Source: Octopus vulgaris (lineage: Eukaryota). Taken from it: DNA of 64,000 nucleotides. The translations under genes were made by a program, and so were the position numbers. Position 1 is the first letter of the stretch, and each line of letters opens with the position of its first letter. The stretch is taken from the NCBI GenBank assembly GCA_951406725.2, contig OX597817.1, positions 164,796,001-164,860,000 of the forward strand, written 5' to 3'. Shown piece by piece: positions 37,965-52,888 of the stretch. Under the pieces are notes generated by a model. The model had not been told where the DNA came from and did no database searches. It worked only from the letters and a program-made list of their open reading frames with translations.

Positions 37965-40900
37965 TTCGAAAATTTTCACCGAAAATTTTACTCAAAATTT
38001 TTCCGAAAACTTTAACCAAAAAGTTTTCGAAAATTTTCACCGAAAATTTTACCCAAAAATTTTCCGAAAATTTCAACCAAAAAGTTTTCGAAAATTTTCA
38101 CCGAAAATTTTACCCAAAAATTTTCCGAAAATTTCAACCAAAAAGTTTTCGAAAATTTTCACCGAAAAGATTACCCAAAAATTTACCGAAAATTTCACCT
38201 AAAAAGTTTTCAAAAATTTTCACTGAAGATTTTCCCCAAAAATATTTCGAAAATTTTCACCGAAAATATCAAGTATAAAGTTTCCGAAAATTTTCACCGA
38301 GAATTTTACCCAAAAATTTTGCGAAAATCTTCGACGAAAATTTAGTGAAAATTTTCACCGAAAATTTTACACAAAAATTTTCCGAAAATTTCAACCAATA
38401 AGTTTTTGAAAATTTTCACCGAAAAGATTACCCAATAATTTACCCAAAATTTCACCTAAAAATTTTTCAAAAATTTTCACTGAAGATTCTCCCCAAAAAT
38501 ATTTCGAAAATTTTCACCGAAAATATCAAGTAAAAAGTTTCCGAAAATTTTCACCGAAAATTTTACCCAAAAATTTTTTCCATAAATTTTTCGAAAATTT
38601 CAGCCAAAAAGTTTTCGATAATTTTCACCGAAAATTTTACCCAAAAATTTTTCGAATATGTTCACAAAAAATTTTGCCCCAAAATATTTAGAAAATTTTA
38701 CCCAAAAATTTTAACTCAAAAAAGGTTTCGAAAATTTCACCCAAAAAGTTTTCGAAAATTTTCACTGAATATTTTCGCCAAAACTTTTTGGAAAATTTTC
38801 ACCGAAAATTTTACCCAAAAATTTTTCGAACATTTAACCAAAAATTTTTCGAAAATTTTCACCAAAAAGGTTTCCCGGAAATTTTTCGAAAATTGGCACC
38901 ACTTGCTTTCCATACTATGTGATTTTGGCACCACTTGCCTTCCATATTTCACCGAAAATGTTACCAAAAATTTTTAGCAAATTGGTACCGCTGGCCTTTT
39001 ATACTTTGTGATTTATCCGAAAATTTTAAACCAAAAACTTTTCGAAAATATCACCCAAAAATATTTCGAAAATTTTCACCCAAAATATCAAGTAAAAAGG
39101 TTTCGAAAAGTTTACCGAAAATTTAATCCAAAAATTTTTCGAAAATTTTAACCAAAATTTTTCGAAAATTTTAACCAAAATGTTTCGAAAATTTTCACCG
39201 AAAAATTTACCCAAAAATTTTTCAAAAATTTTCACCGCTGGCCTTCCATACTTTCTGATTTTGGCACCGCTGGCCTTCCATACCTTTTCGAAAATTTTCC
39301 CCCACAATTTGTAGAAAATTTTACCCAAAAATTTTAACCGAAATTTTTCAAATTTTTTCTAAAATTTTCACTGAAATTTTACCAAAAAATTTTCACCGCA
39401 ATTTTTCAAAAATTTTTTTAATATTTTCACCGGAAATATCAAGTAAAAAGTTTTCGAAAATTTTCACCGAAAATATTCTCCAAAAATATGTCGAAAATGT
39501 TCACCGAAAATTTTACCCAAAAAGTTATCGAAAACTATTACCGAAAATTTTACCTTAACATTTTTCCGAAAATTTTAACCAAAAAGTTTTCGAAAATTTT
39601 CACCGAAAATTTTAACCTTTTTGGTTAAAATTTTACCCAAAACTTTTTCAAACTTTTCACCACAAAATGTTTTTGAAAATTTTCATTGAATATTTTCCCC
39701 AAAAATTTTTCGAAAATTTTCACCGAAAATATCAAGTAAAAAGTTTTGAAAAATTTTCACTGAATATTTTCCCGAAAATTTAATCCAAAAATTTTTCGAA
39801 AATTTCACCCAAAAAGTTTTCGAAAATTTTCAACGAAAATATTCTAAAATTTGTCGAAAATGTTCACCGAAAATTTCACCCAAAAAGTTTTCGAGAATTT
39901 CACCCTAAAATTTTTCCGAAAATTTTAACCAAAAAGATTTCGAAAATTTTCACCGAATATTTTACCCAAAAATCTTCCGAAAATTTTAACTAAATTTCTT
40001 TCGAAAATTTTCACCGAAAATTTTACGCAAAAATTTTCCGAAAATTTTAACTAAACTTTTGTCGAAAATTTTCATCGAAAATTTTATCCAAAACTTTTCC
40101 GAAAATTTTAACCAAAAAGTTTTCGAAAATTTTCACCAAAAATTTTTCGAACATTTCACCAAAAATTTTTCGAAAATTTACACCGAAAATGTTACCCGAA
40201 AATTTTACGGAAATTGGCACCGCTGGCTTTCCATACTTTGTGATTTGGGCATCGCTCTCTTTCAATACTTGGTGATTTTTGCACCACTGGCCTTCCATAC
40301 TTTGTGATTTTCGCACCACTGGCCATCCGTACTTTGTGATTTTAGCACCGCTGGCCTTCCAACATTTTCGAAAGTTTTCGCAGAAGATTTTCCTAAAAAT
40401 TTATTCAAAAATTTACCCAAAAAATTTGTAGAAGATTTTATCCAAAAATTTTCCAAAAATTTTCAACGAAATTTTTCAAAAATTAAAAAAAATTTTCACC
40501 CAAATTTTACCCAAAAATTTTTCCCATAAATTTTTTGAAAATTTCACCCAAAATTTTTCTAAAATTTTAACCGACAATATTCTCCAAATATTTGTCAAAA
40601 TGTTCACCGAAAATTCTACCCAAAAAATTTTCAAAAATTTTCACCGAAAATTTTAATCAAAAATTTTCCTAAAATTTTAGCCAAAAAGTTTTCGAAAATT
40701 TTAGCCAAAACTTTTTCGAACTTTTCACCCCAAAATGTTTTTGAAAATTTTCACTGAATATTTTCCCCCAAAATTTTTCGAAAATATTAAGTGAAAAGTT
40801 TTCGAAAATTTTCACTGAAAATTTTCACCGAAAATTTAACCCAAAAATTTTTCGAAAATTTCACCCAAAAAGTTTTCGAAAATATTCTAAATTTTGTCGG

Positions 40901-41026
40901 AAATGTTCACCGAAAATTTCACCCAAAAAGTTTTCGAGAATTTTACCCTAAAATTTTTCCGAAAATTTTAACCAAAAATATTTCGAAAATTTTCACCGAA
41001 TATTTTACCCAAAAATTTTTAATCAC

Positions 41027-41064
<38 letters not shown>

Positions 41065-41095
41065 AAATTCACTGCGGAGAGACTTTTTAACACTA

Positions 41096-41127
<32 letters not shown>

Positions 41128-42526
41128 AATTTACATATATATATATATATATAAATTCACTGTGGAGAGACTTTTTCACCCAAAAATTTTCGAAAATTTT
41201 CACCGAAAATATTCTACAAAAATTTGTCAAAAATATTCACCGAAAATTTTACCCAAAAAGTTTTCAAAAATTTTCACCGAAAATTTTACCCAAAAATTTT
41301 TCAACCTTTTCACCAAAAATTTTTCGAGAATTTTCACCGAAAATTTTTAGGAAATTGGCACTACTGGCCTTCCATACTTTGTGATTTATCCGAAAATTTT
41401 AACCCAAAAAGTTTTCGAAAATTTCACCCAAAATGTTTTGAAAAATTTTCACTGAATATTTTCCCCCAAAATTTTTCGAAAATGTTCACCCAAAATAATC
41501 AAGTAAAATGTTTTCGAAAATTTTCACTGAAAATTTTCACCGAAAATTTAAATCCAAAAATTTTTCGAAAATTTTAACCGAAAATTTTCACCCTAAAATT
41601 TTACCCAAAATTTTTCCGAAAATTTTAACCAAAATTTTTCGAGAATTTTACCCAAAACTTTTTCGAACTTTTCACTCGAAAAGGATTTTGAAAATTTTTA
41701 ACCAAAAAGATTTCGAAAATTTTCACCGAATATTTTACCCAAAAATTTTCCGAAAATTTTAACTAAATTTTTTTCGAAAATTTTCACCGAAAATTTTAAC
41801 TAAAAAGTTTTCGAAAATTTTCACCAAAAATTTTTCGAACATTTCACCAAAAATTTTTCGAAAATTTACACCGAAAATGTTACCCGAAAATTTTACGGAA
41901 ATTGGCACCGCTGGCTTTCCATACTTTGTGATTTGGGCACCGCTGGCCTTCCATACCTTGTGATTTTCGCACCACTGGCCATCCGTACTTTGTAATTTTG
42001 GCACCGCTGGTCTTCCAACATTTTCGATAGTTTTCACAGAAGATTTTCCTAAAAAATTATTCAAAAATTTACCCCAAAAATTTGTAGAAAATTTTATCCA
42101 AAAATTTTCACCCAAAATTTTACCCAAAAATTTTTCCCATAAACTTTTCGAAAATTTCACCAAAAAATTTTTCGAAAATTTTCACCGAAAATATTCTCCA
42201 AAAATTTGTCAAAAATGTTCACCGAAAATTTTACACAAAAAGTTTTCGAAAATTTTCACCGAAAATTTTAACCAAAAATTTTCCGAAAATTTTAACCAAA
42301 AAGATTTCGAAAATTTTACCCAAAACTGTTTCGAAATTTTTCACCCCAAAATGTTATTGAAAATTTTCACAGAATATTTTCCCCAAAAATTTTTCGAAAA
42401 TTTTCACCGAAAACATCAAGTAAATAGTTTTCGAAAATTTTCACTGAAAATTTTCATCGAAAATATCAAGTAAAAAGTTTTTGAAAATTTTCACCGAAAA
42501 TTTAACCCAAAAATTTTTAATCACTG

Positions 42527-42564
<38 letters not shown>

Positions 42565-42643
42565 AAATTCACTGCGGAGAGACTTTTTTAACACTGTGTA
42601 TATATATCTTTATAAAATTAACTGTGGAGAGAATTTTGAACAC

Positions 42644-42697
<54 letters not shown>

Positions 42698-42719
42698 TCA
42701 CTGTGGAGAGAATTTTGAA

Positions 42720-42757
<38 letters not shown>

Positions 42758-42769
42758 TTACATATATAT

Positions 42770-43408
42770 TGTTACGACAGGGTGGGACCTCCGATTCGAA
42801 CTGTTACGGAAATCCTCACACAGGCCCGTTCGATGCAGCGAATAAGCTACGGAAACTCGTCGGAGAGAGGAGAGAGAGGAGATATACACAACAACAACAA
42901 CAACAGCAGCAGCCCAGAGGCAATCGAGGGAGACGCAATGAGCTAAAACGGCAACAACTGCTGGCTTACATTCAACAACAGTTTATATGACAATCAATTG
43001 TTACACATCAAGATACATCAACGCATTTAAGGGAAACAACAAATCAATACATCATACAACAGATCAAAGCATTTAAACATGCATGTAACAATATAACAGT
43101 GTTCATACACAAACAAGTTCAGATCAAATAATGTTCACGATACGTCACAGTCCAATCAGAACACTTCGATACATTATACAATGTTCGTATCACAACAATT
43201 CACGTTAAAATTCAACGTTCATTATCGTCTACATCAGAGTCCTTCTTTTTCTCTCTTCTTTCTCTTCTTTTCTTTTACATCGTAACACGTATCAATACAT
43301 AATCAAATACCTTAATTCCTAACTGAACAGCCAGTGTCCGATCCTGCACTCCATCTCTCTCTCAATACTGCTAACTCCAGCTCGCCAGCTCTCGCCTCCC
43401 AATCGCTT
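42770..43408. mobile_element. left part of the LTR (variant A), truncated
   Basis: Same start and same breakpoint as the 37342 copy. Confidence 0.8.
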
Positions 43409-45133
43409 TTCGAAAATTTTCACCGAAAATTTTACCCAAAATTTTTCCGAAAACTTTAACCAAAAAGTTTTCGAAAATTTTCACCGAAAATTTTACCCAA
43501 AAATTTTCCGAAAATTTCAACCAAAAAGTTTTCGAAAATTTTCACCGAAAAGATTACCCAAAAATTTACCGAAAATTTCACCTAAAAAGTTTTCAAAAAT
43601 TTTCACTGAAGATTTTCCCCAAAAATATTTCGAAAATTTTCACCGAAAATATCAAGTATAAAGTTTCCGAAAATTTTCACCGAGAATTTTACCCAAAAAT
43701 TTTGCGAAAATCTTCGACGAAAATTTAGTGAAAATTTTCACCGAAAATTTTACACAAAAATTTTCCGAAAATTTCAACCAATAAGTTTTTGAAAATTTTC
43801 ACCGAAAAGATTACCCAATAATTTACCCAAAATTTCACCTAAAAATTTTTCAAAAATTTTCACTGAAGATTCTCCCCAAAAATATTTCGAAAATTTTCAC
43901 CGAAAATTTTCACCCTAAAATTTTACCCAAAATTTTTCCGAAAATTTTAACCAAAATTTTTCGAGAATTTTACCCAAAACTTTTTCGAACTTTTCACTCC
44001 AAAAGGATTTTGAAAATTTTTAACCAAAAAGATTTCGAAAATTTTCACCGAATATTTTACCCAAAAATTTTCCGAAAATTTTAACTAAATTTCTTTCGAA
44101 AATTTTCACCGAAAATTTTACGCAAAAATTTTCCGAAAATTTTAACTAAACTTTTGTCGAAAATTTTCATCGAAAATTTTATCCAAAACTTTTCCGAAAA
44201 TTTTAACCAAAAAGTTTTCGAAAATTTTCACCAAAAATTTTTCGAACATTTCACCAAAAATTTTTCGAAAATTTACACCGAAAATGTTACCCGAAAATTT
44301 TACGGAAATTGGCACCGCTGGCTTTCCATACTTTGTGATTTGGGCATCGCTCTCTTTCAATACTTGGTGATTTTTGCACCACTGGCCTTCCATACTTTGT
44401 GATTTTCGCACCACTGGCCATCCGTACTTTGTGATTTTAGCACCGCTGGCCTTCCAACATTTTCGAAAGTTTTCGCAGAAGATTTTCCTAAAAATTTATT
44501 CAAAAAATTTACCCCAAAAATTTGTAGAAGATTTTATCCAAAAATTTTCCAAAAATTTTCCAAAAATTTTCAACGAAATTTTTCAAAAATTAAAAAAAAT
44601 TTTCACCCAAATTTTACCCAAAAATTTTTCCCATAAATTTTTTGAAAATTTCACCCAAAATTTTTCTAAAATTTTAACCGACAATATTCTCCAAATATTT
44701 GTCAAAATGTTCACCGAAAATTCTACCCAAAAATTTTCAAAAATTTTCACCGAAAATTTTAATCAAAAATTTTCCTAAAATTTTAGCCAAAAAGTTTTCG
44801 AAAATTTTAGCCAAAACTTTTTCGAACTTTTCACCCCAAAATGTTTTTGAAAATTTTCACTGAATATTTTCCCCCAAAATTTTTCGAAAATATTAAGTGA
44901 AAAGTTTTCGAAAATTTTCACTGAAAATTTTCACCGAAAATTTAACCCAAAAATTTTTCGAAAATTTCACCCAAAAAGTTTTCGAAAATATTCTAAATTT
45001 TGTCGGAAATGTTCACCGAAAATTTCACCCAAAAAAGTTTTCGAGAATTTTACCCTAAAATTTTTCCGAAAATTTTAACCAAAAATATTTCGAAAATTTT
45101 CACCGAATATTTTACCCAAAAATTTTTAATCAC

Positions 45134-45171
<38 letters not shown>

Positions 45172-45202
45172 AAATTCACTGCGGAGAGACTTTTTAACAC
45201 TA

Positions 45203-45234
<32 letters not shown>

Positions 45235-46629
45235 AATTTACATATATATATATATATATAAATTCACTGTGGAGAGACTTTTTCACCCAAAAATTTTCGA
45301 AAATTTTCACCGAAAATATTCTACAAAAATTTGTCAAAAATATTCACCGAAAATTTTACCCAAAAAGTTTTCAAAAATTTTCACCGAAAATTTTACCCAA
45401 AAATTTTTCAACCTTTTCACCAAAAATTTTTCGAGAATTTTCACCGAAAATTTTTAGGAAATTGGCACTACTGGCCTTCCATACTTTGTGATTTATCCGA
45501 AAATTTTAACCCAAAAAGTTTTCGAAAATTTCACCCAAAATGTTTTGAAAAATTTTCACTGAATATTTTCCCCCAAAATTTTTCGAAAATGTTCACCCAA
45601 AATAATCAAGTAAAATGTTTTCGAAAATTTTCACTGAAAATTTTCACCGAAAATTTAAATCCAAAAATTTTTCGAAAATTTTAACCGAAAATTTTCACCC
45701 TAAAATTTTACCCAAAATTTTTCCGAAAATTTTAACCAAAATTTTTCGAGAATTTTACCCAAAACTTTTTCGAACTTTTCACTCGAAAAGGATTTTGAAA
45801 ATTTTTAACCAAAAAGATTTCGAAAATTTTCACCGAATATTTTACCCAAAAATTTTCCGAAAATTTTAACTAAATTTTTTCGAAAATTTTCACCGAAAAT
45901 TTTAACTAAAAAGTTTTCGAAAATTTTCACCAAAAATTTTTCGAACATTTCACCAAAAATTTTTCGAAAATTTACACCGAAAATGTTACCCGAAAATTTT
46001 ACGGAAATTGGCACCGCTGGCTTTCCATACTTTGTGATTTGGGCACCGCTGGCCTTCCATACCTTGTGATTTTCGCACCACTGGCCATCCGTACTTTGTA
46101 ATTTTGGCACCGCTGGTCTTCCAACATTTTCGATAGTTTTCACAGAAGATTTTCCTAAAAAATTATTCAAAAATTTACCCCAAAATTTGTAGAAAATTTT
46201 ATCCAAAATTTTCACCCAAAATTTTACCCAAAAATTTTTCCCATAAACTTTTCGAAAATTTCACCAAAAAATTTTTCGAAAATTTTCACCGAAAATATTC
46301 TCCAAAAATTTGTCAAAAATGTTCACCGAAAATTTTACACAAAAAGTTTTCGAAAATTTTCACCGAAAATTTTAACCAAAAATTTTCCGAAAATTTTAAC
46401 CAAAAAGATTTCGAAAATTTTACCCAAAACTGTTTCGAAATTTTTCACCCCAAAATGTTATTGAAAATTTTCACAGAATATTTTCCCAAAAATTTTTCGA
46501 AAATTTTCACCGAAAACATCAAGTAAATAGTTTTCGAAAATTTTCACTGAAAATTTTCATCGAAAATATCAAGTAAAAAGTTTTTGAAAATTTTCACCGA
46601 AAATTTAACCCAAAAATTTTTAATCACTG

Positions 46630-46667
<38 letters not shown>

Positions 46668-46746
46668 AAATTCACTGCGGAGAGACTTTTTTAACACTGT
46701 GTATATATATCTTTATAAAATTAACTGTGGAGAGAATTTTGAACAC

Positions 46747-46798
<52 letters not shown>

Positions 46799-46820
46799 TC
46801 ACTGTGGAGAGAATTTTGAA

Positions 46821-46858
<38 letters not shown>

Positions 46859-46870
46859 TTACATATATAT

Positions 46871-47509
46871 TGTTACGACAGGGTGGGACCTCCGATTCGA
46901 ACTGTTACGGAAATCCTCACACAGGCCCGTTCGATGCAGCGAATAAGCTACGGAAACTCGTCGGAGAGAGGAGAGAGAGGAGATATACACAACAACAACA
47001 ACAACAGCAGCAGCCCAGAGGCAATCGAGGGAGACGCAATGAGCTAAAACGGCAACAACTGCTGGCTTACATTCAACAACAGTTTATATGACAATCAATT
47101 GTTACACATCAAGATACATCAACGCATTTAAGGGAAACAACAAATCAATACATCATACAACAGATCAAAGCATTTAAACATGCATGTAACAATATAACAG
47201 TGTTCATACACAAACAAGTTCAGATCAAATAATGTTCACGATACGTCACAGTCCAATCAGAACACTTCGATACATTATACAATGTTCGTATCACAACAAT
47301 TCACGTTAAAATTCAACGTTCATTATCGTCTACATCAGAGTCCTTCTTTTTCTCTCTTCTTTCTCTTCTTTTCTTTTACATCGTAACACGTATCAATACA
47401 TAATCAAATACCTTAATTCCTAACTGAACAGCCAGTGTCCGATCCTGCACTCCATCTCTCTCTCAATACTGCTAACTCCAGCTCGCCAGCTCTCGCCTCC
47501 CAATCGCTT
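46871..47509. mobile_element. left part of the LTR (variant A), truncated
   Basis: Essentially identical to 42770-43408. Confidence 0.8.
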
Positions 47510-48948
47510 TTCGAAAATTTTCACCGAAAATTTTACCCAAAATTTTTCCGAAAACTTTAACCAAAAAGTTTTCGAAAATTTTCACCGAAAATTTTACCCA
47601 AAAATTTTCCGAAAATTTCAACCAAAAAGTTTTCGAAAATTTTCACCGAAAAGATTACCCAAAAATTTACCGAAAATTTCACCTAAAAAGTTTTCAAAAA
47701 TTTTCACTGAAGATTTTCCCCAAAAATATTTCGAAAATTTTCACCGAAAATATCAAGTATAAAGTTTCCGAAAATTTTCACCGAGAATTTTACCCAAAAA
47801 TTTTGCGAAAATCTTCGACGAAAATTTAGTGAAAATTTTCACCGAAAATTTTACACAAAAATTTTCCGAAAATTTCAACCAATAAGTTTTTGAAAATTTT
47901 CACCGAAAAGATTACCCAATAATTTACCCAAAATTTCACCTAAAAATTTTTCAAAAATTTTCACTGAAGATTCTCCCCAAAAATATTTCGAAAATTTTCA
48001 CCGAAAATTTTCACCCTAAAATTTTACCCAAAATTTTTCCGAAAATTTTAACCAAAATTTTTCGAGAATTTTACCCAAAACTTTTTCGAACTTTTCACTC
48101 CAAAAGGATTTTGAAAATTTTTAACCAAAAAGATTTCGAAAATTTTCACCGAATATTTTACCCAAAAATTTTCCGAAAATTTTAACTAAATTTTTTTCGA
48201 AAATTTTCACCGAAAATTTTAACTAAAAAGTTTTCGAAAATTTTCACCAAAAATTTTTCGAACATTTCACCAAAAATTTTTCGAAAATTTACACCGAAAA
48301 TGTTACCCGAAAATTTTACGGAAATTGGCACCGCTGGCTTTCCATACTTTGTGATTTGGGCACCGCTGGCCTTCCATACCTTGTGATTTTCGCACCACTG
48401 GCCATCCGTACTTTGTGATTTTGGCACCACTGGTCTTCCAACATTTTCGATAGTTTTCACAGAAGATTTTCCTAAAAAATTATTCAAAAATTTACCCCAA
48501 AAATTTGTAGAAAATTTTATCCAAAAATTTTCACCCAAAATTTTACCCAAAAATTTTTACCATAAATTTTTCGAAAATTTCACCAAAAAATTTTTCGAAA
48601 ATTTTCACCGAAAATATTCTCCAAAAATTTGTCAAAAATGTTCACCGAAAATTTTACACAAAAAGTTTTCGAAAATTTTCACCGAAAATTTTAACCAAAA
48701 ATTTTCCGAAAATTTTAACCAAAAAGATTTCGAAAATTTTACCCAAAACTGTTTCGAAATTTTTCACCCCAAAATGTTATTGAAAATTTTCACTGAATAT
48801 TTTCCCAAAAATTTTTCGAAAATTTTCACCGAAAACATCAAGTAAATAGTTTTCGAAAATTTTCACTGAAAATTTTCATCGAAAATATCAAGTAAAAAGT
48901 TTTTGAAAATTTTCACCGAAAATTTAACCCAAAAATTTTTAATCACTG

Positions 48949-48979
<31 letters not shown>

Positions 48980-49061
48980 GCAAAATTCACTGCGGAGAGA
49001 CTTTTTTAACACTGTGTATATATATCTTTATAAAATTAACTGTGGAGAGAATTTTGAACAC

Positions 49062-49116
<55 letters not shown>

Positions 49117-49140
49117 GACTGTGGAGAGAAATTTGAACAC

Positions 49141-49172
<32 letters not shown>

Positions 49173-49187
49173 AATTTACATATATAT

Positions 49188-49810
49188 TGTTACGACAGGG
49201 TGGGACCCCCGATTCGAACTGTTACGGAAATCCTCGTTCGATGCAGCGAATAATCTACGGTAACTCGTCGGAGAGAGGAGATATACATAACAACAACAAC
49301 AACAACATCATTAGCCCAGAGGCAATCGAGGGAGACGCAATGAGGCAAAACGGCAACAACTGCTGGCTTACATTCAACAACAGTTTATATGACAATCAAT
49401 TGTTACACATCAAGATACATCAACGCATTTAAGGGAAACAACAAATCAATACATCATACAACCGATCAAAGCATTTAAACATGCATGTAACAATATAACA
49501 GTGTTCATACACAAACAAGTTCAGATCAAATAATGTTCACGATACGTCACAGTCCAATCAGAACACTTCGATACATTATACAATGTTCGTATCACAACAA
49601 TTCACGTTAAAATTCAACGTTCATTATCGTCTACATCAGAGTCCTTCTTTTTCTCTCTTCTTTCTCTTCTTTTCTTTTACATCGTAACACGTATCAATAC
49701 ATAATCAAATACCTTAATTCCTAACTGAACAGCCAGTGTCCGATCCTGCACTCCATCTCTCTCTCAATACTGCTAACTCCAGCTCGCCAGCTCTCGCCTC
49801 CCAATCGCTT
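49188..49810. mobile_element. left part of the LTR (variant B), truncated
   Basis: Shares the diagnostic deletions of the 37342 copy. Confidence 0.8.
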
Positions 49811-52800
49811 TTCGAAAATTTTCACCGAAAATTTTACCCAAAATTTTTCCGAAAACTTTAACCAAAAAGTTTTCGAAAATTTTCACCGAAAATTTTGCCC
49901 AAAAATTTTCCGAAAATTTCAACCAAAAAGTTTTCGAAATTTTCACCGAAAAGATTACCCAAAAATTTACCGAAAATTTCACCTAAAAAGTTTTCAAAAA
50001 TTTTCACTGAAGATTTTCCCCAAAAATATTTCGAAAATTTTCACCGAAAATATCAAGTATAAAGTTTCCGAAAATTTTCACCGAGAATTTTACCCAAAAA
50101 TTTTGCGAAAATCTTCGACGAAAATTTAGTGAAAATTTTCACCGAAAATTTTACACAAAAATTTTCCGAAAATTTCAACCAATAAGTTTTTGAAAATTTT
50201 CACCGAAAAGATTACCCAAAAATTTACCGAAAATTTCACCTAAAAATTTTTCAAAAATTTTCACTGAAGATTCTCCCCAAAAATATTTCGAAAATTTTCA
50301 CCGAAAATATCAAGTAAAAAGTTTCCGAAAATTTTCACCGAAAATTTTACCCAAAAATTTTTTCCATAAATTTTTCGAAAATTTCAGCCAAAAAGTTTTC
50401 GATAATTTTCACCGAAAATTTTACCCAAAAATTTTTCGAATATGTTCACAAAAAATTTTGCCCCAAAATATTTAGAAAATTTTACCCAAAAATTTTAACT
50501 CAAAAAGGTTTCGAAAATTTCACCCAAAAAGTTTTCGAAAATTTTCACTGAATATTTTCGCCAAAACTTTTTGGAAAATTTTCACCGAAAATTTTACCCA
50601 AAAATTTTTCGAACATTTAACCAAAAATTTTTCGAAAATTTTCACCAAAAAGGTTTCCCGGAAATTTTTCGGAAATTGGCACCGCTTGCTTTCCATACTA
50701 TGTGATTTTGGCACCACTTGCCTTCCATATTTCACCGAAAATGTTACCCAAAATTTTTAGCAAATTGGTACCGCTGGCCTTTTATACTTTGTGATTTATC
50801 CGAAAATTTTAAACCAAAAACTTTTCGAAAATATCACCCAAAAATATTTCGAAAATTTTCACCCAAAATATCAAGTAAAAAGGTTTCGAAAAGTTTACCG
50901 AAAATTTAATCCAAAAATTTTTCGAAAATTTTAACCAAAATTTTTCGAAAATTTTAACCAAAATGTTTCGAAAATTTTCACCGAAAAATTTACCCAAAAA
51001 TTTTTCAAAAATTTTCACCGCTGGCCTTCCATACTTTCTGATTTTGGCACCGCTGGCCTTCCATACCTTTTCGAAAATTTTCCCCCACAATTTGTAGAAA
51101 ATTTTACACAAAAATTTTCACCGAAATTTTTCAAATTTTTTCTAAAATTTTCACTGAAATTTTACGAAAAAATTTTCACCGCAATTTTTCAAAAATTTTT
51201 TAAATATTTTCACCGGAAATATCAAGTAAAAAGTTTTCGAAAATTTTCACCGAAAATATTCTCCAAAAATATGTCGAAAATGTTCACCGAAAATTTTACC
51301 CAAAAAGTTATCGAAAACTATTACCGAAAATTTTACCTTAACATTTTTCCGAAAATTTTAACCAAAAAGTTTTCGAAAATTTTCACCGAAAATTTTAACC
51401 TTTTTGGTTAAAATTTTACCCAAAACTTTTTCGAACTTTTCACCACAAAATGTTTTTGAAAATTTTGATTGAATATTTTCCCCAAAAATTTTTCGAAAAT
51501 TTTCACCGAAAATATCAAGTAAAAAGTTTTGAAAAATTTTCACTGAATATTTTCCCCGAAAATTTAATCCAAAAATTTTTCGAAAATTTCACCCAAAAAG
51601 TTTTCGAAAATTTTCAACGAAAATATTCTAAAATTTGTCGAAAATGTTCACCGAAAATTTCACCCAAAAAGTTTTCGAGAATTTCACCCTAAAATTTTTC
51701 CGAAAATTTTAACCAAAAAGATTTCGAAAATTTTCACCGAATATTTTACCCAAAAATCTTCCGAAAATTTTAACTAAATTTTTTTCGAAAATTTTCACCG
51801 AAAATTTTACGCAAAAATTTTCCGAAAATTTTAACTAAACTTTTGTCGAAAATTTTCATCGAAAATTTTACCCAAAACTTTTCCGAAAATTTTAACCAAA
51901 AAGTTTTCGAAAATTTTCACCAAAAATTTTTCGAACATTTCACCAAAATTTTTCGAAAATTTACACCGAAAATGTTACCCGAAAATTTTACGGAAATTGG
52001 CACCGCTGGCTTTCCATACTTTGTGATTTGGGCATCGCTCTCTTTCAATACTTGGTGATTTTTGCACCACTGGCCTTCCATACTTTGTGATTTTCGCACC
52101 ACTGGCCATCCGTACTTTGTGATTTTAGCACCGCTGGCCTTCCAACATTTTCGAAAGTTTTCGCAGAAGATTTTCCTAAAAAATTATTCAAAAATTTACC
52201 CAAAAAATTTGTAGAAGATTTTATCCAAAAATTTTCCAAAAATTTTCAACGAAATTTTTCAAAAATTTTAAAAAAAATTTCACCCAAAATTTTCTAAATT
52301 TTCACCCAAATTTTACCCAAAAAATTTTTCCCATAAATTTTTTGAAAATTTCACCCAAAATTTTTTTCTAAAATTTTAACCGACAATATTCTCCAAATAT
52401 TTGTCAAAATGTTCACCGAAAATTTTCAATTTTCACCGACAAAAACCAAAATTTTCAAAAATTTTCACCGAAAATTTTAATCAAAAATTTTCCTAAAATT
52501 TTAGCCAAAAAGTTTTCGAAAATTTTAGCCAAAACTTTTTCGAACTTTTCACCCCAAAATGTTTTTGAAAATTTTCACTGAATATTTTCCCCAAAAATTT
52601 TTCGAAAATATTAAGTGAAAAGTTTTCGAAAATTTTCACTGAAAATTTTCACCGAAAATTTAACCCAAAAATTTTTCGAAAATTTCACCCAAAAAGTTTT
52701 CGAAAATATTCTAAATTTTGTCGGAAATGTTCACCGAAAATTTCACCCAAAAAGTTTTCGAGAATTTTACCCTAAAATTTTTCCGAAAATTTTAACCAAA

Positions 52801-52850
52801 AATATTTCGAAAATTTTCACCGAATATTTTACCCAAAAATTTTTAATCAC

Positions 52851-52888
<38 letters not shown>

